Notes under the pieces: generated by a model
The model's database searches: none
Told to the model about the DNA's origin: nothing
The model's input: only the letters and a program-made list of their open reading frames with translations
Program-made: the position numbers and the translations under genes
Part shown: positions 61,865 to 64,000 of the stretch, in pieces
Layout: each line of letters begins with the position of its first letter
Numbering within the stretch: the stretch's first letter is position 1
NCBI GenBank assembly: GCA_965261545.1
Contig: CBDHDF010000011.1
Span: 96,001-160,000, forward strand
DNA from: Bdellovibrionales bacterium
GTDB taxonomy: Bacteria > Bdellovibrionota > Bdellovibrionia > Bdellovibrionales > UBA1609
Reading direction: 5' to 3'
DNA length: 64,000 nucleotides

Positions 61865-63262
61865 ATGAGTTTATGCCCAGAAGGCCTCGAAACCAAGGTC
61901 CACCCTGCCAAGGTATCTATTATCGTCACAGAATCCGATCCTCTGATTCAACTGGCCAACCACGTCGATTGGAGCTATCTGTCGTGTCTGGTCATGCCCG
62001 ACTTAAAAGCCACGACTGCAAAGGGTTTTTGGTGGCTAGGAAGAAAGCTCTTTTTAAGAGTTCATCTAGCCGTGCTGCTGCTTCAGGTTCTATTCAAACT
62101 CACGGATCGAGGGGTGGAGCAACGGATAAAAGAGACGGCCAGTTATCAGCTTTTTTGTGGTCTAAATATCCTCAAAAAATGGTGTTGTCCCGATCATACG
62201 AAAATAGAAAAATTTCGCAATCGACTGACGGAAGAGACTCACAAAGAAATAGGAGATTATATTCTTCGCTTGGCTCAATCCCTGGGGTTTGCAGACGCCT
62301 CTCATTTGGATGTCGATTCGACCGTTCAGGAAGCCAATATGGCTTATCCCTCCGATGCCAGTCTTTTGAAAAAGTTGGCTCAGAAGTGTTACAAAATTCT
62401 TTCGTATCTTCAAGAAAAGCAGAAGACCTACTTACCATCGGGTATAACCATAGATATCAAAGCCATCATCAAGGCCGCTCGAAAGTATTTTTTTCTAGCC
62501 AAAAATTGTGTATTAGAGAAGAAGAGGGAGGTATTTTCAGACCTTCACAGTCTTGTAAAGTCAGAGTTAAAAGCCTTTATAAGGTTTGCAGAAAATCTTT
62601 CTCCACAGGCTCTAGCGAGTCTTCCTTGGAACCACCGAGAAGCCGTCACAGAAGTGAGAGACAAGGCTTGGAGATACCTTTTGGACGTGGCCCATTTTGT
62701 AAGAACTCACACCATCAAGCCTGGCAAAATCCTTGCCTTCAAATTGTGTGCGGTCGCCTGTATCAAAAAGGGGAAGTTAGGCAAAGACAAGGAGTTTGGG
62801 AGGGTCTTCCAAGTCGGGCGGATTGGTGGAAATTTTATTGTTCCCTATACTTGCACTTCTGTGAGAATGGACGACAAGGAGTCATTGCCAGCTATATTGG
62901 AAGAACATCAAAAAATATTTGGCGAAGATATTTTAGAGTCAGTTACAACAGACAAGGGGTATTATTCACAAGCCAACGTCAATCTCGTCAAAGATGTTGT
63001 GGGAAATGCAGATGGAATTCAAAGACCTGCCAACGTAAAAGAACAGGTCGAAGCCCCCCAGAAAGAAGAATTATACAATCGCAGGTCGGGGGTCGAACCT
63101 CTCATAGGGCATGTCAAAAACTTTGGATTAGCAAGAAGCAAGATGAAAGGGGATGGGGCCACACTGGCTTCGGGGTATCGCTCGACCATGGGGTTCAATC
63201 TGCACCAAATTATGAGAAATTTAGCGGTGACGATGCCAACTCCAAGCTTCAAGGGTGGGTAG
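61865..63262 (+). CDS. DDE transposase (IS5-like)
   Basis: Identical protein to 41750-43147. Confidence 0.88.
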   Translation: MSLCPEGLETKVHPAKVSIIVTESDPLIQLANHVDWSYLSCLVMPDLKATTAKGFWWLGRKLFLRVHLAVLLLQVLFKLTDRGVEQRIKETASYQLFCGLNILKKWCCPDHTKIEKFRNRLTEETHKEIGDYILRLAQSLGFADASHLDVDSTVQEANMAYPSDASLLKKLAQKCYKILSYLQEKQKTYLPSGITIDIKAIIKAARKYFFLAKNCVLEKKREVFSDLHSLVKSELKAFIRFAENLSPQALASLPWNHREAVTEVRDKAWRYLLDVAHFVRTHTIKPGKILAFKLCAVACIKKGKLGKDKEFGRVFQVGRIGGNFIVPYTCTSVRMDDKESLPAILEEHQKIFGEDILESVTTDKGYYSQANVNLVKDVVGNADGIQRPANVKEQVEAPQKEELYNRRSGVEPLIGHVKNFGLARSKMKGDGATLASGYRSTMGFNLHQIMRNLAVTMPTPSFKGG

Positions 63263-64000
63263 AACAAGGGAAAGTTAAAAAGAGGCTACTTCAGAGCCCA
63301 AGTCCAAATGAGGGCACATAAACGGCCCTTTTTAATTTCGCGACAGCGACTAACTAGTTCCTGTCCAGGGAAGAAAGTTAAGTAGTTTTAAGTATTTACA
63401 TGCCTTCCCTTTAGATTTTATGCTTTAAAATGGAGTCCATCAAACATAATCCGTGTAAATTCAGTTACTTACATAAAACGGAAAAATAAAATAAGTTCCC
63501 CCCCCTCTCTTGACGAACCTTTCACAGCCCCTCCCTTTCAGTGACTTATGTGGCTATCAACTGGTTACTTGATATGAGAGGAAGAGTTGGATCAACCTGT
63601 GTTTCCACCGTGGTGATTTCAAACCTCCTTCAGGGAAATAACATTACGTTGCGCATCAACTTCAAAAAATACTTGACGTGTTTTTTCAGAGAAATAATTT
63701 TTGATATTTTATTCTTCATTTATTTTTTATGTAGGTTTTAGGAGGCGTGGGAACCTCTCTATGAGGTAGAATTCTTATCCATGTTCTCCGAGAACCTCTC
63801 TGATTTTTTTCTTCTTAAAAGACATCCTTGCTCACTTTTTTCCCTCAAAAAAACGTATGTTAATATAAAAATTAAAGAGAAACTTTCACCAAAGGGGGGA
63901 CTATGCGCCATTTGAAGAAGACACAGTTGGGACTCTTTTCCCAATATCCTAACCACCAACTCAGTACAGAATTGCAGCAAATTAATAACATCATTGATCG

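Larger units (their letters stand above)
61336..63350 (+). mobile_element. IS5-like element with passenger gene, copy 2
   Basis: Same 16-bp IRs; TSD TAACTA (61330-61335, 63351-63356); 2015 bp. Confidence 0.92.

Noticed and set aside
52300..64000. DGR template repeat or reverse transcriptase
   Set aside because: No AAC-rich copy of the VR and no RT motifs found in the window.
63357..64000. Short ORFs at the window end
   Set aside because: No recognisable motifs or convincing starts.

Overview
Bases 1-24.4 kb are ordinary core chromosome, probably from a Bdellovibrionota-like bacterium (inferred from gene content): mutS2, an Ig-repeat/vWA lipoprotein, lipA-E2-lpdA-lipB, sfsA, a DsbA-like protein, suhB, a SPOR protein, yajC-secD-secF-recJ, a PmtA-like methyltransferase, an MFS transporter, hemH and tRNA-Cys(GCA). 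The tRNA begins a ~33-40 kb accessory island. The island holds a decayed mobilisable element (XRE regulator, TraG-like remnant, candidate oriT, mobC, relaxase) and four tandem copies of a related excisionase + tyrosine integrase module. Each module is followed by different DNA: (1) a RES-Xre toxin-antitoxin pair, (2) an ABC-three-component/Lamassu-type defence operon, (3) an FGE-sulfatase (CLec-type) lipoprotein plus an Rpn nuclease, (4) a 5'-truncated IS4. Many IS copies (IS21 x2, IS4 x2, ISL3, IS256, IS5-like with a passenger gene x2) are nested in it. Three highlights: the Lamassu-like LmuA has no recognisable enzymatic effector and instead shares an amyloid-signalling-like motif with a translationally coupled small membrane protein; the FGE lipoprotein ends in a strongly adenine-depleted, DGR-type variable repeat with no RT or template in the window; and the integrase modules form a tandem, mosaic array with att-like ends. 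Family assignments come from motif recognition by eye, with no database searches.
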